Origin: Basidiobolus meristosporus CBS 931.73
Taxonomy: Eukaryota > Fungi > Basidiobolomycota
Length of the DNA: 64,000 nucleotides
Assembly (NCBI GenBank): GCA_002104905.1
Contig: MCFE01000011.1
Coordinates: 197,330-261,329 of the forward strand
Reading direction: 5' to 3'
Shown here: piece by piece, positions 38,940 to 53,032 of the stretch
Position numbering within the stretch: the stretch's first letter is position 1
Layout of the letters: the number at the start of each line of letters is the position of its first letter
Notes under the pieces: model-generated
Told to the model about the DNA's origin: nothing
The model's database searches: none
What the model saw: the letters and a program-made list of their open reading frames with translations, nothing else
Position numbers and translations under genes: made by a program

Positions 38940-40423
38940 GAATAGAAGAACGTGAGATACTTGTGTGTTGGGAACGGTCAGGGCTTCGGTGGATTTATAT
39001 ATTTGTTGGAAAAAGCTTAGCTCCAATAATGGTGAAGTGTAAGCCCAAATAGGGATGGGAATACCAATGATTTCGGTATTTTAGTCACAATCGCTCTATT
39101 AAGAAATGCCATGACATCCATTTGTGGATCATGCGTGAAATCTAACTTGTTCACACAGGTAATCACTCACCATGTCTCGCACTGGTGGGTGGTTACTAGG
39201 GAGATCATGCTGGTGCATAGCGACAATATGACTGGGCTGTATGATGAAAATTTATCCGCTACTTGTGAGAAAATGACCTCATATCCAAGTAAGGGCTTGG
39301 CTTGACTGTAAACAGCCTTTTCGGTAACATTCTGAATGCACCACCCTAAGGTACGGATATTACAAAAGAACCCACCAATTTGTCAACTCATGAAACATGG
39401 TTAAACCAGTCATGAACAAAAATCGCACCATAGGATAGGTGACTTTTGAGTGCTACTCCCAGACCACTAACTGTGGTCAAGATTGTCCATATGGTAAGTA
39501 TAACGCGCCGCCGACTACTCAATACGCAGAATTCCCCATGCTACCAACATACTTGTTTTCCTTGTCCATACTTAGTAACGATGAGTTACACTGACGCTGA
39601 TATGTTCAAAAGAGTGAAAGGAAATCATGTCGAAAGGAGAATGGTTGGCTATAGATGGTGCACAAAATCAGCTCAGCCTTATTTGAAGGAAATCCTGTCT
39701 CGTGCCATGATTTCGTAAGTATGCCCCTTGTGAGCTCATGGAGTAGTACAAACTCTGCTTATGTCTTGCCTGATGGCCCAAGTCGAATTCTCCTTCTATT
39801 AGATTTACCAGCTTGCATAATCTTCGAATATTCGCAGCAGTTACGGGCCAGATCACGAGGGGCTGGCCTGCGGATGATCGATACTCAAAGCTTGGCTTTT
39901 GCCAATTAAGATTATCCAATCAGCAGGATCCAGACATTAATGGGGACTAGAATGGTTCTGTGCCAATTATCTACGTGTGAACAGTTCCTTAGACATTTCT
40001 AAGGACACTTGGCCTAAGCAAGCCACATATCAGATAAGTGGCTTGAGGACTAAACTGTGTTTCTCCACCTGGCCCTATCCCGTTCAGATCCCATCACAAC
40101 ATGTCTTATATCGCCAAGAGACAAGAGTTCCAAAGTCGATTGAAGACCCTTTAGCCTATCAATAGTCCAATAGTGAACAATGCAAAGCATTTCTCGCAAG
40201 TTGGAAAGTTGTTCAAGTTTACCAGTTACAGACAAATCATATCCGATCAATGCATACTAGTGTCCAATTGGATGGTAAATCAAATAATATTCTTGGCAAT
40301 CACTGGTAGATTCAAGGCAATTGTTACGGTAAATGTTATCACAATGATATGGGCTTGACAGAAGAGCTTCTATATAAACCTTAGGATTCTCCGTACCTTG
40401 GGAAGAAGCACACTCATCATACA

Positions 40424-40651
40424 ATGACCAAGATGGACCTAATCCAGCAACCTTGCACTCACCCTGGCTACTTCACAAAGCAACCATGGCTGACACCGGT
40501 CAAAGTAGCACCACCTGCTAGCATTTCCGATCTAAAAGTTTCATACACGCTTCGCGGGCAATCCTTGAGCATAGACGAGGCGATGTATCATCGCAAGCTT
40601 GCATTGGAATATAAAATTAGAATGGTCATCCTGACCCAGAACTCATCTTGA
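40424..40651 (+). CDS. Microprotein family member 4 (75 aa)
   Basis: KVSYTLRGQSLSIDEAMYHRKLALEYKIRMVILT; TATATAAA at 40371-40378. Confidence 0.65.
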   Translation: MTKMDLIQQPCTHPGYFTKQPWLTPVKVAPPASISDLKVSYTLRGQSLSIDEAMYHRKLALEYKIRMVILTQNSS

Positions 40652-42057
40652 TTCGAAGGACTAACATCTTAAATCAAAACACCTCAATGGACACTAGTAG
40701 ATAAAAGCTAATAAAACTCATTACACTTACAATTACGCTTCCGACAGATTACCACTGCACCCTACGAAACTGCAAATAGCAGTGTTCTCAATGGGTGCTT
40801 GCATTTATGGAAAGCAAAGCTCACGAGACCAGACGTTAAAATAGTAACGGCAACAACCATTAAATTAGGATATACTAAATGTATGTTAATTCATACTTGA
40901 AGACTGTTAAATGGAAACCAGCTTCAGCTTTAAATATTCAAATTTCACACACATCATTAATTGGTGCGGTATCTTGGGTAGAGGCGGGCGCACACGGTAT
41001 GAAACAATGGTATGTATATCCAGCTCAAACACCCAGATATCAACTGGAATTGGTTTTGTTGAGGTAGTATGGTTTCTCTTTACTCAGTGGTTTCACTGAT
41101 TATCCCAAAATGAATCTATACTTCGTACAATTACGTTGCCTTTACAGTTGGGTAATACAACAGGAGGCATTGATACCATGTCTTGCAAAGCCGCATTGGA
41201 CCTGGCTCTATGGTGGTCCAAAAAGAGGGCTACAATGATTGCTTTCTTGAAACGTCAATATATATCAAGTCCAATCCAAAAAAAAAACCAAGTGGCATAT
41301 TTAGATATAAGTGACGACTAACTTCGGGACATCCAATCTATTGAGATACACCCACCTGAAAGATGTTTATAACAGGTAGCTGTTATAGCGTAGCAAATAA
41401 TCAATTTGGCACCTAATTATTTATTGACTATTTGGTCAGAAAATTCGTATTGTACTAGATACCGTGAAATTCATCATATATAGGGAGATACTCGAAAGGC
41501 GTCCAGCAGCCCCTAAACTTTACATACATAATTATAGGGCCTCTCTCAACACGTCTATATCATCGCCTTTGTAAAGTAATGCAAAAATTTCTTTTAGGTC
41601 CCCAGTTCTATTTGTTATATTAATAACCAACAACGATAATGGTACAGTTTCAAAAAGTGTCATCAACCTTGAGATAGCAATATATTGATAGGAAATAGCA
41701 TTGCTCTGCTTCCAAATTGAATTTCTCCTCAGTATTAATAATACTAACATGATGGCCAGACGCATTAGCTATGGAGGGATTTCACACAACATCACACCCA
41801 TTAATAAAGATTCATTGATACCTGATATTTTGACAACTTTATTCCGGGAAGTGCAGCCATTAATTATCTTGACATTTTATTTTTGCATTTGCATTGGAAA
41901 TTTACAATAAGCAAATAGGTAGATTATTGATGGAATACTTAGCTCACATAATATTTGTTGACTGCTTTGATAAGTGGAAAACCTGGGAGTGGGTAACCAG
42001 CAAGCTAACGTCATACAACTATTCTGTTTCTTCAATCTACTTTATATTGTAAGCTTC

Positions 42058-42195
42058 GTAATTACACCTAAACATTCACTTAACTTGGTCACTTAAATCA
42101 TAGTCTACAAATCTTGGAGAATTCTGGCCAAATGCCTTTTCGGGATTTACCTGGAATCTTCTCACCAAACCATCAGGTATCCAGAACATAAAATA
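42058..42195. repeat. Degenerate dispersed repeat, copy 2
   Basis: gtaattacacctaaacattcacttaacttggtcacttaaatcatag...; 37/46 identity to 59792-59836 and homologous to 2639-2775. Confidence 0.75.
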
Positions 42196-42869
42196 TCTCA
42201 AAGTAGTCCAAACAGCCCCAAAACTTGCATACATGTTTTTGAGACCTACCTAAACATATTATAGGTGTTTGTTTTGCCAAGACCATATAAAAGTATAAAT
42301 ATTACTTCTACATTCAATAAATTATGTGAAAACCACATAATCTACTTCTTCTCCTAATCACTCCCAATATCTCCAAAACTCTTACAACACTTTAAACCCC
42401 CCTCCCCCTCCCAAAAAAAAATGTCGCAACAGAACTCCACCGCACTCAGATGTCTCAGCATTACAAATGACATACCTACATACCCTAACAGAATCCAAAA
42501 TATGCCTATTAGCCGTTAGCACACTCAGTAGAACCGAACAATATCAAATCTATAATTGCAAAGTGTATTACCATCACTACAACAATAGAAAAGGATAATT
42601 ACCTGCAATCACCAGAGGTGATACCTAGTTTGGAATCTTAAATATAAATTTCTTGGTATTCTGGTGGTACTGCATTTCAATTTTGCTAACACGTTGAGTG
42701 CACATCAGCTTGGTCACCTTGCAATAAGGCTCAGACACTTTGAAGTTGGTTGACGTAAAGTTCTCGGTATATTTCCCTTAGTACTGAACCATCAGTATTG
42801 GTAGGTCATTCAATGTTGAGACTTTCTTCTGGGAGAGATTTGTTGATAATAAGTGAGGAGTGAATTTGT

Positions 42870-44640
42870 CACCTGTTGGTATATCGAGTCACAGTAAAAT
42901 GTATATATCTTTTGTGCAACTTGGTGAGGATATCTGCTAGAATATGTAGTGAAAGATCGTGAAAAGATATGTGCAAATGTGAGTTTTGGAACAATATTCG
43001 TATAACTTCCACCATTTCCACAACCCTGAACGGTCGATAAATGATGTTGCGAAATTGTTCAAATTGCATTGACCAGGCCTCAAACTATATACGAATGACT
43101 TGATGTTGAACTAATTAATTGCAACAGCTTCTGGATACAGAAGTCAAAAATGTGAGGTATCCATAATTCATTCCTAGTGTATCCTATGCTGTTTGCAATC
43201 CCTCTACAGCCACCATATTCGACCGTCATGACACGGTAGAACTTCCAATAGCTTGGGGCACTTTAAAACCACTGTAAGATTGGTATGTACAGTCGATCTT
43301 GAAATATATTTCCACGGATTATCTGCAGTGAAAAGGTGTCTGGCTATCACTTAGAAATATTGCCTAAATAACATGAATATGATATGCATTGATAATTATA
43401 GGAACCTGCTAAGTTCCAGTTTCCACAATACTTCCCTTCCTGGGCTCATAGGAACACTAAATATGGATGGCGGTCTCAAAACCTAGCACATACCAACCAT
43501 GAAACCTTTTAGTGAATCAATCCATAGGAGTAGGGTATGGAATAATCCCTTGATGCTCATTTTGTTGATAATATACTTGCATTTTCGCCATCGCCAATAT
43601 GAACATGTCTGAGCATTCATCAACACACATGTGCATAATTTCTACATCTTGGTGGCCATTAGCCCCACCTAAATCCCCAAAACACTGGTTTGATACCTGT
43701 TGTCGCTTATCCCGATCATACAACAACCTAACAAACAACATTCGTTCCTGCTAATATCAAACATCAACAAAGATATCATCGCGCTCACGGATCCTGTGCT
43801 TAGTTGCCAAGATAGATCACAATACAACCAACGCATCCCGTTTAGACCACCAAGACGGGGAAGTCAGTGTATGTAGTATTTCTGACCACTTATCCGCCGT
43901 TGTTTGGTATGATTGGTACAATTGGGAGCTTATGAGGTAGTCTTCGCTGGCGGCGGTATCCTTCCGGGTCCTTTTTGTCATGTGTCGAATACACGCAGAT
44001 ATCCTTGGCATTTCTCAAGAATCCTGAGAGCGACCAGCTATGTGCCGAGCCAAAACATTCGCTGATGGAAATTTAGATACCAATCTACATACACACTGAA
44101 ACCTGTCAATATTGAAGATCATGACATGACATCCATTTACTAGCCTATCCTTATGAACCGGTAGAATTCCCTTCGAATAAGTATACCGCCAGTATCACAT
44201 GGGCATCACTTTTAATGTGCTGAGTGAGCAGTAATCAAGTATGTTGCCAGATTATAGAATACGCTGAGGTCTGCACAGCATGATTATAATATGAACAATG
44301 ATGTATGACACCTATATACGTCTGATTCCACATCACATACAACCTATACTATTGCTGGACTACTGAGCAAGATTCGCCATTACGATTGATTAGAACTCTT
44401 GATAAAATAGGCCATCAATCTATTTCAGAGAATCCCTATTGATTGGCCAGGTGGCCGATTTGTGACTGGCATTTCCAAATCCTTCACCGTGACTGAGCTT
44501 AGCCACTCTACCCCAGAGCCACAGTTGCATAAATGGGGTCCAACTTACCCAAGAAGTGCCCTCCAGTCACCAGTTGCGTGGACGCCAATCATTCTTTAAT
44601 AGAGCGCAGCAGTCATGTCACTTTTAACATGCCAGAAACA
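42870..44640 (-). mobile_element. Possible highly decayed Ty1/copia pol remnant
   Basis: ADILTK at 42920-42937 resembles the copia RNase H terminal motif (lADilTK). Weaker RT-like fragments (DPIYATVA, VKDLEM) lie upstream near 44450-44600 in the expected order. Many stops. Confidence 0.35.
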
Positions 44641-45498
44641 ATACCTGTTGGCGGAAGAGGTTGGTGCAAAGAATTGTGATGTATTAATAGAATGTACTTG
44701 ATAGCATCGATATAGCTTAACTGTTGTCTGGCTCCGTGTTCTTCGCTTTCAATGAAGCACAGCTTTATTGGGTTTCACGCATTCAAATTGATTTGGCTCC
44801 ATGAGCAGCGTGATTGGTTATCTGCCGCCCCTTCCCTCCCTATTTCCTCTGGATGCTCCGAAATATCCATTCTGCACTGCCCCAATCCATAAGAGCCGTG
44901 GTTTATTCATCTGGAACCTTGTGCCACATGATATATATAGAACGTCGTAATGGTGGTGCCGAGGCTCTGATTGGAGTTCGATGTGCCATAGATTGGACCT
45001 TGTAACTTCAAGTGATTTGCATCTCCACTTCAGCTGCCTATTGGATTCTACGATACTCTAGGCAAATCTCTGTAAACTCTTTGAGAAAGATTGCCGCATG
45101 TCACTTTTGCTCAACAAACTGGATAAACCATGTCCACACAGTGCCGGGGAGTAGAGGGGATGGTGAATTCGGTATGAGACTTGTGTTCATCAAAGGTTTA
45201 CTGATCAAATATAACCCGGATAATTGTGTTGACATCATCAAAAGCGCCAGGAAGGTGGTAATCAAATATTATGAATAGGGGAGGGGAATTTCAGCACGAA
45301 ACAAGAACGAGGTATTAAGCAAATACTATTATGTATCTTCAAAAAACATTATTTATCCTGACGGGGAAGCGAAGGGATTAGATCTTCGCAAATAAAATTT
45401 TCATGAAGGAATGAAGATGTACTGGGGTAACTGAGTGGGATGTATAGGAGATGTTGATGAACAAGTGATCGCAAGCAACAAAAACCTCACAGAGATGC

Positions 45499-47034
45499 CT
45501 AACGACAGAAGAGCATACAAGGTGCAAAAATAGACGACGCGATACTGTACCACCAGGAGGTATTCTCGGGTGGCAGATACGCCGGTGTGAGATCAGAAGA
45601 AATGGGTAATTTACACATAGGACAAGTACCGGACTTCGTGGTCAACCAAGGATCAATACACTCGAGATGATAGTAGTGACAGCATGGCAGTTCACGGACT
45701 TCTTCCCCATCTTTAAAGTCGTCCAAACAAATGGGGCAAACGCTTTGAGCAGTCTCTTCGTCGTCGGATTTGAGTTGATGGGGGGAAATCATACTCTTGG
45801 GGTCGTATGCTGGCGGAGGTTCCATAACAACAGTGAACTGGTGATTTTCCTCATTTTTGCCGAGGGCAGGGCGAGCACGTAGGTCTCCTTTGGCGTGCCA
45901 TACTTTGATGGGAAGCTTGCCCAAGGCACTCTTATGGATGACCATCATCTCAGTACCATCGGGAATATTGTTACGGAGTGCGTAGTTGCGGCGAAGTCGA
46001 TATAGGTGGCAATGCATGGCCACTACGGATTGGAAGTGTTAATTTCATGTAGACCTTGAGCTGTAACTGTATCGGCGATCTTGTTAAGAACTTACCGGAT
46101 ATGACCAGCGAAAGGAACAAAAGTACAACAACAATTATCAAGGTAAATTCCCACACGCTTGGGAATGATTTCTCGTTGGCCAACAAAGTGAATCTGATTT
46201 GTCTTTGGGAAGCACTTGACACTCCAGCGGGCTTCAGTTGGCTGCTGGCAATATTTTGACTCATTCGAAGCCCGTCATTCGAGGAGATGGCAAAGGCTGG
46301 GATGACAATTGGGACCGAGAAATGAAGGTTGTCGAAGCTGACATCATCCCCGTTTGGTGAGTAGATGATGACCCCACTTGCATGGTCATTTTGGGCACGA
46401 GTAATCTTCCAATCAAGGGTGCAGTTGTCCAAGGAGATCAACGCAATTCGAGCGTATGTTGTGCGAACATTGTTATTTGCTGTATTGCTGTTTGGCAAGC
46501 CAACACATGGAGCGTCTAGAATGTATCCGATTCCCTAAATATGAATGTGATTAAATTTAGATCCTTGGGAGTGTTGTCACAATCACTACGAATAGAAAGA
46601 GCATCTATGCCAATGAATGGTCATAATTCAGTGGCGTGATCTATCGTACAACTAGAATGGAACATATGGCATATAGCTAACGAGAAATGAATTGAGAATT
46701 TGGCTAGATGTGCATTGAGTAGCGAAAGGTGATTGCTATAACTATATAGAGACAAAGTAAAGCTCATTACCTCCAATCCTTTGTCGCTCACTGCTGCCGT
46801 GTTAGGAACAACACGAACTCCAGAAGTAATTTCGGAGGAGGCGGCGGTATTATCAGCGGATATGCTGAAAGTACTGGTATCCAAATAAACATAATCTTCG
46901 CGTATTGAAGAGCTTTTCCCACCGAATAAGCCAGCAGAAGTCAACTGAATGTGGAAACAAGCCAACAAGAGGGTAATGATAGACAACCAGCGCCTGGTTG
47001 ACCACCCAGTGGTCGCTGTGCTTGTTAAATACAT
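45499..47034 (-). CDS. PA-TM-RING E3 ubiquitin ligase (RNF13/GRAIL-like), 3+ exons
   Basis: Signal peptide; PA domain (IALISLDNCTLDWKITRAQ...SGVIIY); TM (FTLIIVVVLLFLSLVIS); RING-H2 CPICLDDF...LPCCHYYHLECIDPWL....TCPMCK. Confidence 0.9.
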
Positions 47035-50000
47035 GACGTACTAATATCGAGCAATAATAAGTAGCATTAAATTAGTAAAACGACCGTTAGTGCCTGAGGA
47101 AATTGATGTCTAAAGTACGTTATAACAACCTAGGGAATTGCGTCAAGATGGTGTAAACGCAGAATGAAGGGTAAATAGGTAAAAGAAATAAGTAGAGGGA
47201 AGCAAAACAAGTCGGTCGAGGCAGAGGCAGGTTAAATATATAATCTATTGTGCTGGTGAAAAAAATCACTGTCCTCGCAAGAAGGGGGATAATTTAATCA
47301 CTGGAGATTGGTGAACAAAAATAGGTCAATTTCTCTACATTGTTGTAACTGAATTGTGTTTTCGAAGTGATCACACTGGAATGGGGACATCCATTGTAGG
47401 ACAAGTTGGCTCATCAAAAGAGTGGCAAACAAAAATAGAACCGACCTATTTAAAAGCATTAAATTATATTTAATTGATTTGGGTCGATATTGGTGTGAAT
47501 CTTTGGATCCAGCTTCACGAGTCAAGTACCTTCAACCTTTTCTAAAAGAGTAGTTATCTTTAACAATTGTGTCTATCATATAATGAACTTGGGTACTACA
47601 TCAATTCTTCGAGTTAAATCAACTAGGGCTGAATTGAAGATGGAGGTATGTTACACGAAGACATTGAGTGGTGTTATTGGTGACATGGGTGATATTTGGT
47701 ATTCCATAAGTGGCTTTGAGATACCATATATATACAAATCAAGCTCAGACGTTTATTCCAACATTAGACTACTGATCAAGTTTAGTCACATTTTCAATTA
47801 GTTTGGCTGTATGTATAAATTAGTTATAAGAAGCCTCCCCCCTGAAGGTCCGAAATAATACATCAGACATTTTCACCCAGTTTTCTTCAGTCTAGTTCAT
47901 TTAGTTTTACCAGAACGAGGTCATACAAAGCTCACAGCGTTAAATGACACTTCATCAACTATAAATTGAAATCACTACGAGTTTCCTATGTATTTTGATG
48001 GTAGCAAGCCAATGAATATATGTTAGGAATCTCCGTCGATTGATCCAGTCTACCTTCAGGCATAGTGATTAAAGGTATGTATTACTTGTGGGGTTTCGAA
48101 GCACCTTGGAATATAAAGAGAAATTTGGATAAGTACTGGGGGCCGGGGCGTAGGTGCTGGTACTCTATATCCATAGAGTCCTAAATTTGTGTCCTAGTTT
48201 GATGAATGGTGTGCCAACCTTGATATATTATGTAATTATAAGGAACCTGTGACAATTTGGGTATTTATGATTTAAAACCAATGATTCATTCCATCTTGCA
48301 ACTTGTGAAAGATACACAAAGATTTCCTTGATATTACCAAGTTACAAGAAAGTTAACGAGGGGTTATTGCAAGCAGTTAGTTTAGCTCCTAGTTATTCGT
48401 TTATTATGAATTTGTACCTTACAATTGTTTTGAAACTCAGCTATTGTCAACCAGTCAGAGTTATAAAAAAGCTGAAGCACTTTCAAATGTCTTTTTTCAG
48501 CCTACTAACTTGGCACATACCCTCTCCATGACCCTCCACAGCATATTCTAGAAGATATTTTCTCGAAGCGCCACAGAAGTAAAAAGCTATAACGATTATT
48601 AGCTAGACAGAGTGAGGAATCATTAGAAAGACTGAAATTTCAAAGGCCCGAAAGAACCTGCATTTATTAGATATCTCTCCATGACCTTCCAAAACATATT
48701 CCAACTGTTATTTATATGGATTATCACCGAGTAGATAATACTTGACCATTGCTCAGCTTACCAACTGGTGAATAATTCACTTCTGACCAATTAATACTTA
48801 ATTGCTTCCGAATCATAATTCAACTTCCAAAAGCGGCTATCAAGCAATCACTCGGAAATTATGGCATTGTGCCAGTCCAAGAAATTTATCGGGTACCAGA
48901 ATCAACTGCCTGATGGACCTCGTCCCATATATTGTAATTTTTAGTGTTAGAAACTCGGAGTCGTCGCATATTGTATATACCTAAGATGGATAGTGCAAAA
49001 TCCATCATGCAAGGTGACGTCTCATAACTCTAGACTTTCTCAACACATATAGTTGCTATACATCAATACGGGTATTAATCATTAGTATCAGCTTGATTGA
49101 CTAGATGAGGAAAAGCTTGGTATATCAGTCATGAAATGAGTGAAAATGGAGATTGATAAGGATGCAATTTTAGTTCGGATATAATTTCCCCGTATTTTGA
49201 TCTGGGTGATTGTTGTAACCTGAGTGGTAGATATCTGAGTTCCCAATTCAGTTCAACAAGAAAAGTATAATTTATTGACCCATCAATTACATTCCAATAC
49301 GATTATAGGACTAGTGGTGAGAGTATGTAGACAGCGGGATGACTCTAAACTTCCATCAAAAGATCTCATTGCTATTGCCGGCTCATCGCTGAGTCAGGGT
49401 TTGGAAAAGACGAAGTGACGTAGCGTATAACCACGACTTGGAGCATCAAACTGCCTCAAGGTGGAACAGATAGCAGTTCCGGAATTTCAAAAGCTCTTTC
49501 AGTTGGAACCTCATCGCGCTTTCTATACTAAAGATGCTAGAAGAACAGCACAACCCTGTATATTCTTAGGATATGTATGTTTCGATGTGCCAAAGGCATC
49601 ATGGTGAAGCTGTAAGCGATATAAAACAATTATAAGAAAAGCTCATCAAGACAAGAATAATTTGCTAAGGGTGCTTGAGCCCAGAATACTGGATGTTAGT
49701 AAGATTTCGTACACACTCGATATAACTGAAGCCAAAATACATTAACTAGTAATAATAACAGCGGTGTGTGGCAAGGGGAATGGAAGTATAGCCCAAGTGA
49801 TGAAACGAACCTAATTAGATTCAGGTGCTCAGCAACTTCGATATGTAATGCCCTTTCCCATTGGATGAGGATCTTCCACTCTGACAATCATGACCAATAA
49901 ACCCAAGTTTCTAGCCTATTTGGCACGAATGCCCCGAATATCCGCAATCTATATAGGGAGGGAAATTGAAACTATACGCACGAACTTCAATCTAAGCGGA

Positions 50001-50426
50001 CCGGTGAAACTAGGTAACCTGAGTGGTGTAAGTAGATTATTCTGTGAATACTAGTTGGTCTAGCGGCTTCTATTCGAAATATCCTATTGTTCCACCCTGA
50101 CTAACCCTAAAATACTTTGAATTGGATTCAAGAGACAAAGCGGAATCTGTCGTGATATATGAGGAATGATCTGTTTTCCAGTACTCTCCATGATGGTCGG
50201 TTAATTAAAAATTTTCACATTGGTGCAATTTGACGAGTCTTAGAGTCCTAGATCAGTCCTGGTACTATCTTTCTTTAAAATGATGAATTCACCACGATTT
50301 TGTCTGATGTTTCCTCTTGATGCTCATCTAGTTTGATCTCTCTGTATTAGCCTTTAAACTTGTTCTTGGGGTATATATACTTTCAAGTTCGGCTTTCCAA
50401 AGCAAGTCCAACATAAAGATTACATC

Positions 50427-51068
50427 ATGCCGGTTATCGAGGCAATTGGTGGTGTCATAGGAGTCGCTATATTTTGCTCAGTTATCGTTCGTAGAGTCCG
50501 TATCAAAAAGCGACAGCAAAGAGCAAATAAGGAAACAAAGGCATTGTGGAAGCGCCGAAAGTTTGTTTATGGCAGTCCACAGGTAATCCGAGACTCGATC
50601 AATACACCGTTCAGTAATACTGACACTGAGCCACCAATTGCTACTGTCAACTACTACCCAAGTGCTTCTGCTGTTGTGACTCCAAACATCATATTACCTC
50701 CCATCCATTTTCGTGGAGATAATGTCTTTTGCTCCTATCCTTCAACGGTTCCGGTCTCCCCTATTCCACCTCTCCCCAATCAACAAATTGATCAGTATCC
50801 TGTACAGTCTATCAACGGTTCAATCGAAGGAAGGGAGAATGATGTGGAACTCGAAGATTTAAGCCCTCCAGCACCAACAACCCCCAACTTATATGAGGAA
50901 ATACCCTCCGCTCCAAGTTTAGAAGTTCCAGAATTTGCTGAGAATGACTTCCCAGAATTACCGGCTTCACCCTCTTCAAGGCAAAAACCAAGTGCACCTG
51001 CACTGGACGATTTGGAGTTGACAGCCGCTTCTGTTACAACAAGTACGCCCGGAAGAAGTACAGAATAG
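50427..51068 (+). CDS. Single-pass membrane protein with Pro-rich cytoplasmic tail
   Basis: N-terminal TM (AIGGVIGVAIFCSVIV), polybasic RRVRIKKR, then a Pro/Ser-rich tail with repeated PSAP. Confidence 0.7.
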   Translation: MPVIEAIGGVIGVAIFCSVIVRRVRIKKRQQRANKETKALWKRRKFVYGSPQVIRDSINTPFSNTDTEPPIATVNYYPSASAVVTPNIILPPIHFRGDNVFCSYPSTVPVSPIPPLPNQQIDQYPVQSINGSIEGRENDVELEDLSPPAPTTPNLYEEIPSAPSLEVPEFAENDFPELPASPSSRQKPSAPALDDLELTAASVTTSTPGRSTE

Positions 51069-51554
51069 AGCAGCTTTTTGGTTGGGCTACAAGTTGTATT
51101 TTTTTACGCAAGCCAGAAAAATCGGCACTTTTCCGTTGGGAAATATTGAATTTACTTCTGGTAAATCCTACTGCTCTACCGTGTTTCCTTCATGCGTTAG
51201 GCTGCTTATCCCTTCTATTCTATCGCCAACGGAACCCTATCGAGGGAGCTGATAACTACCTGCATCGCACTGCCATGACAACTCCTCGTCAGGCTCAGAG
51301 TGTCATCGATCCATTTTTCCTGCGGAACCTCTATTGGTACTCCCCATTGTGTATACTTACCCTTGGCAACAATATAACGTAAAACGTCCCAAACCTATTC
51401 ACACTTGTATACAATTAGCAACATTCAAAAATAAATCATATTTAATAATAGTGATCAGCATTTGAATAACAACAATGTAATATAGGATTACTGTTGTAAC
51501 AGATATATACAAAGGGTTCAATTGGGAATGGTTTACGATGACTGATGCTTCTTT

Positions 51555-53032
51555 CTAGACAGCGCTGTTAAATGTTGCAGATGCAAACCCAATCGTAATC
51601 ACACCTGTTAAAAACCATGTGACAACCATGTTTCCTTTAGGGTCGTATTTGAACGCGGAAGGTAACATGCCTTGTACCACAATCACTGTCATCAGACCGG
51701 AGACTATGCCAAATACAATCCCATACACAATGGATTGATACGTGGATTGCATATCACTAAGCAGGATATATCCAATAATAGCTCCTAAAGGTTGCGACAG
51801 GCCACCTAATATCCCAGCATACAGAAACGCCTTGAGGCGGGATCCCGTAGATGCGTAGATTGGAATGGAAATCATCAGCCCCTCAGGAATATTGTGGACG
51901 GCGATTGCGAAAAAAAGGCCCAATCCCACTGAAGACGAAACATGGCTTCCAAGATACATAATCAAGCCCTCTATGTTGTTGTAATGCTTGGTTAGCTGAA
52001 GAATTATGATCCACTTCCAGAAAGTCAATCTTACCGGGGAATTTGTGAATGGAGATTGCAATGGCGGTTTGAATACCCAAATTTAACAGTTGCAATCTTT
52101 GTTCAGTTTCCGTTTCCACTGCTGCTACATCTGCCATACAAACTATATCATGGCAATGTACAGATGTGATTTTGTGCAACGTTTCACATTGTTTTTGCTC
52201 CTCTTGATCATTATGGTGGTGATGGTGATGGTGGTGCTGATCCTGCTCGTGGGAGTGAGGACTATTGTGTGGTTCAAAACCTTCAATAGATTGGCTTGCG
52301 TGAGTGCCTGGACAAGTTACATCCTGTGTATATGAGTGACAGCGCTGAGGAATACAGTGCTGAGAAAGTGCACCATAGCAGGCGACAGAGGAGTGTTCAG
52401 ATACTAATGGTGCACTACTAGCTTCATGGCAATGGACACTGTTTTTGTCATTCTCGCTAGGAGACAACCCTACATCTGCCTCTTCATCTGGCTCATCTAT
52501 TGAAGGAGTATGGCAAGGACATATATCATGCGGGGAAATCCATCGGATCAACTGGTTTAGTACAAACGCCAACGCTGTGCCGAGGGTGAACATGCACATT
52601 AGTACCAAGTTTTCATAGTGGTTTACTAGTTTCGAGGCAATAATGAATCTTCTCGATTCAGGCAGCAGTATTACCAAGCTTGAATATATCTGTCAATGAA
52701 ATTTAGCATAAATGATTGCATTCAAGATTATTCTTGCAAGAAGGGAATACCATAACACCTGATGCCAAGCCCAAGGACGATGCCAAAAATGTTCGAGATT
52801 CTGTAATTCGAAAATTGCTTTTGAAAACTCTATTCGCTATTCCATCCCAGAATACAATGGACGCTAAAGACATACAGAAACGTTTTTAAATAACGCTTTC
52901 CTACTTGAGCTCAGTTCAATATAAGTTACCTCCTATCACACATGCCAAACTTGAGCCTAGGATTAAGATGCATATCTCTGTGGAGTTCGCCGCGTTATCT
53001 TCGTTCCGATTTGCTGTCGAGAGCCAAAGCAT
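51555..53032 (-). CDS. ZIP-family (ZupT/Zrt3-like) zinc transporter, ~4 exons
   Basis: SSLACVIGASIVFWD, FLASSLGLASGVMIYSSLVILLPE, His-rich loop (HHHHHHH), IAISIHKFPEG and AIAVHNIPEG metal-site helices. Confidence 0.92.

Noticed and set aside
42608-42622. ATCACC-AGA-GGTGAT hairpin resembling the LINE/SINE 3' stem-loop
   Set aside because: The loop is one base shorter and the flanks (TTAGGG/G run, aatctttattt) are missing; likely chance.
50101-50110. ctaaccctaa telomere-like decamer
   Set aside because: Isolated, under two repeats, with no element tail nearby; expected by chance in 64 kb.
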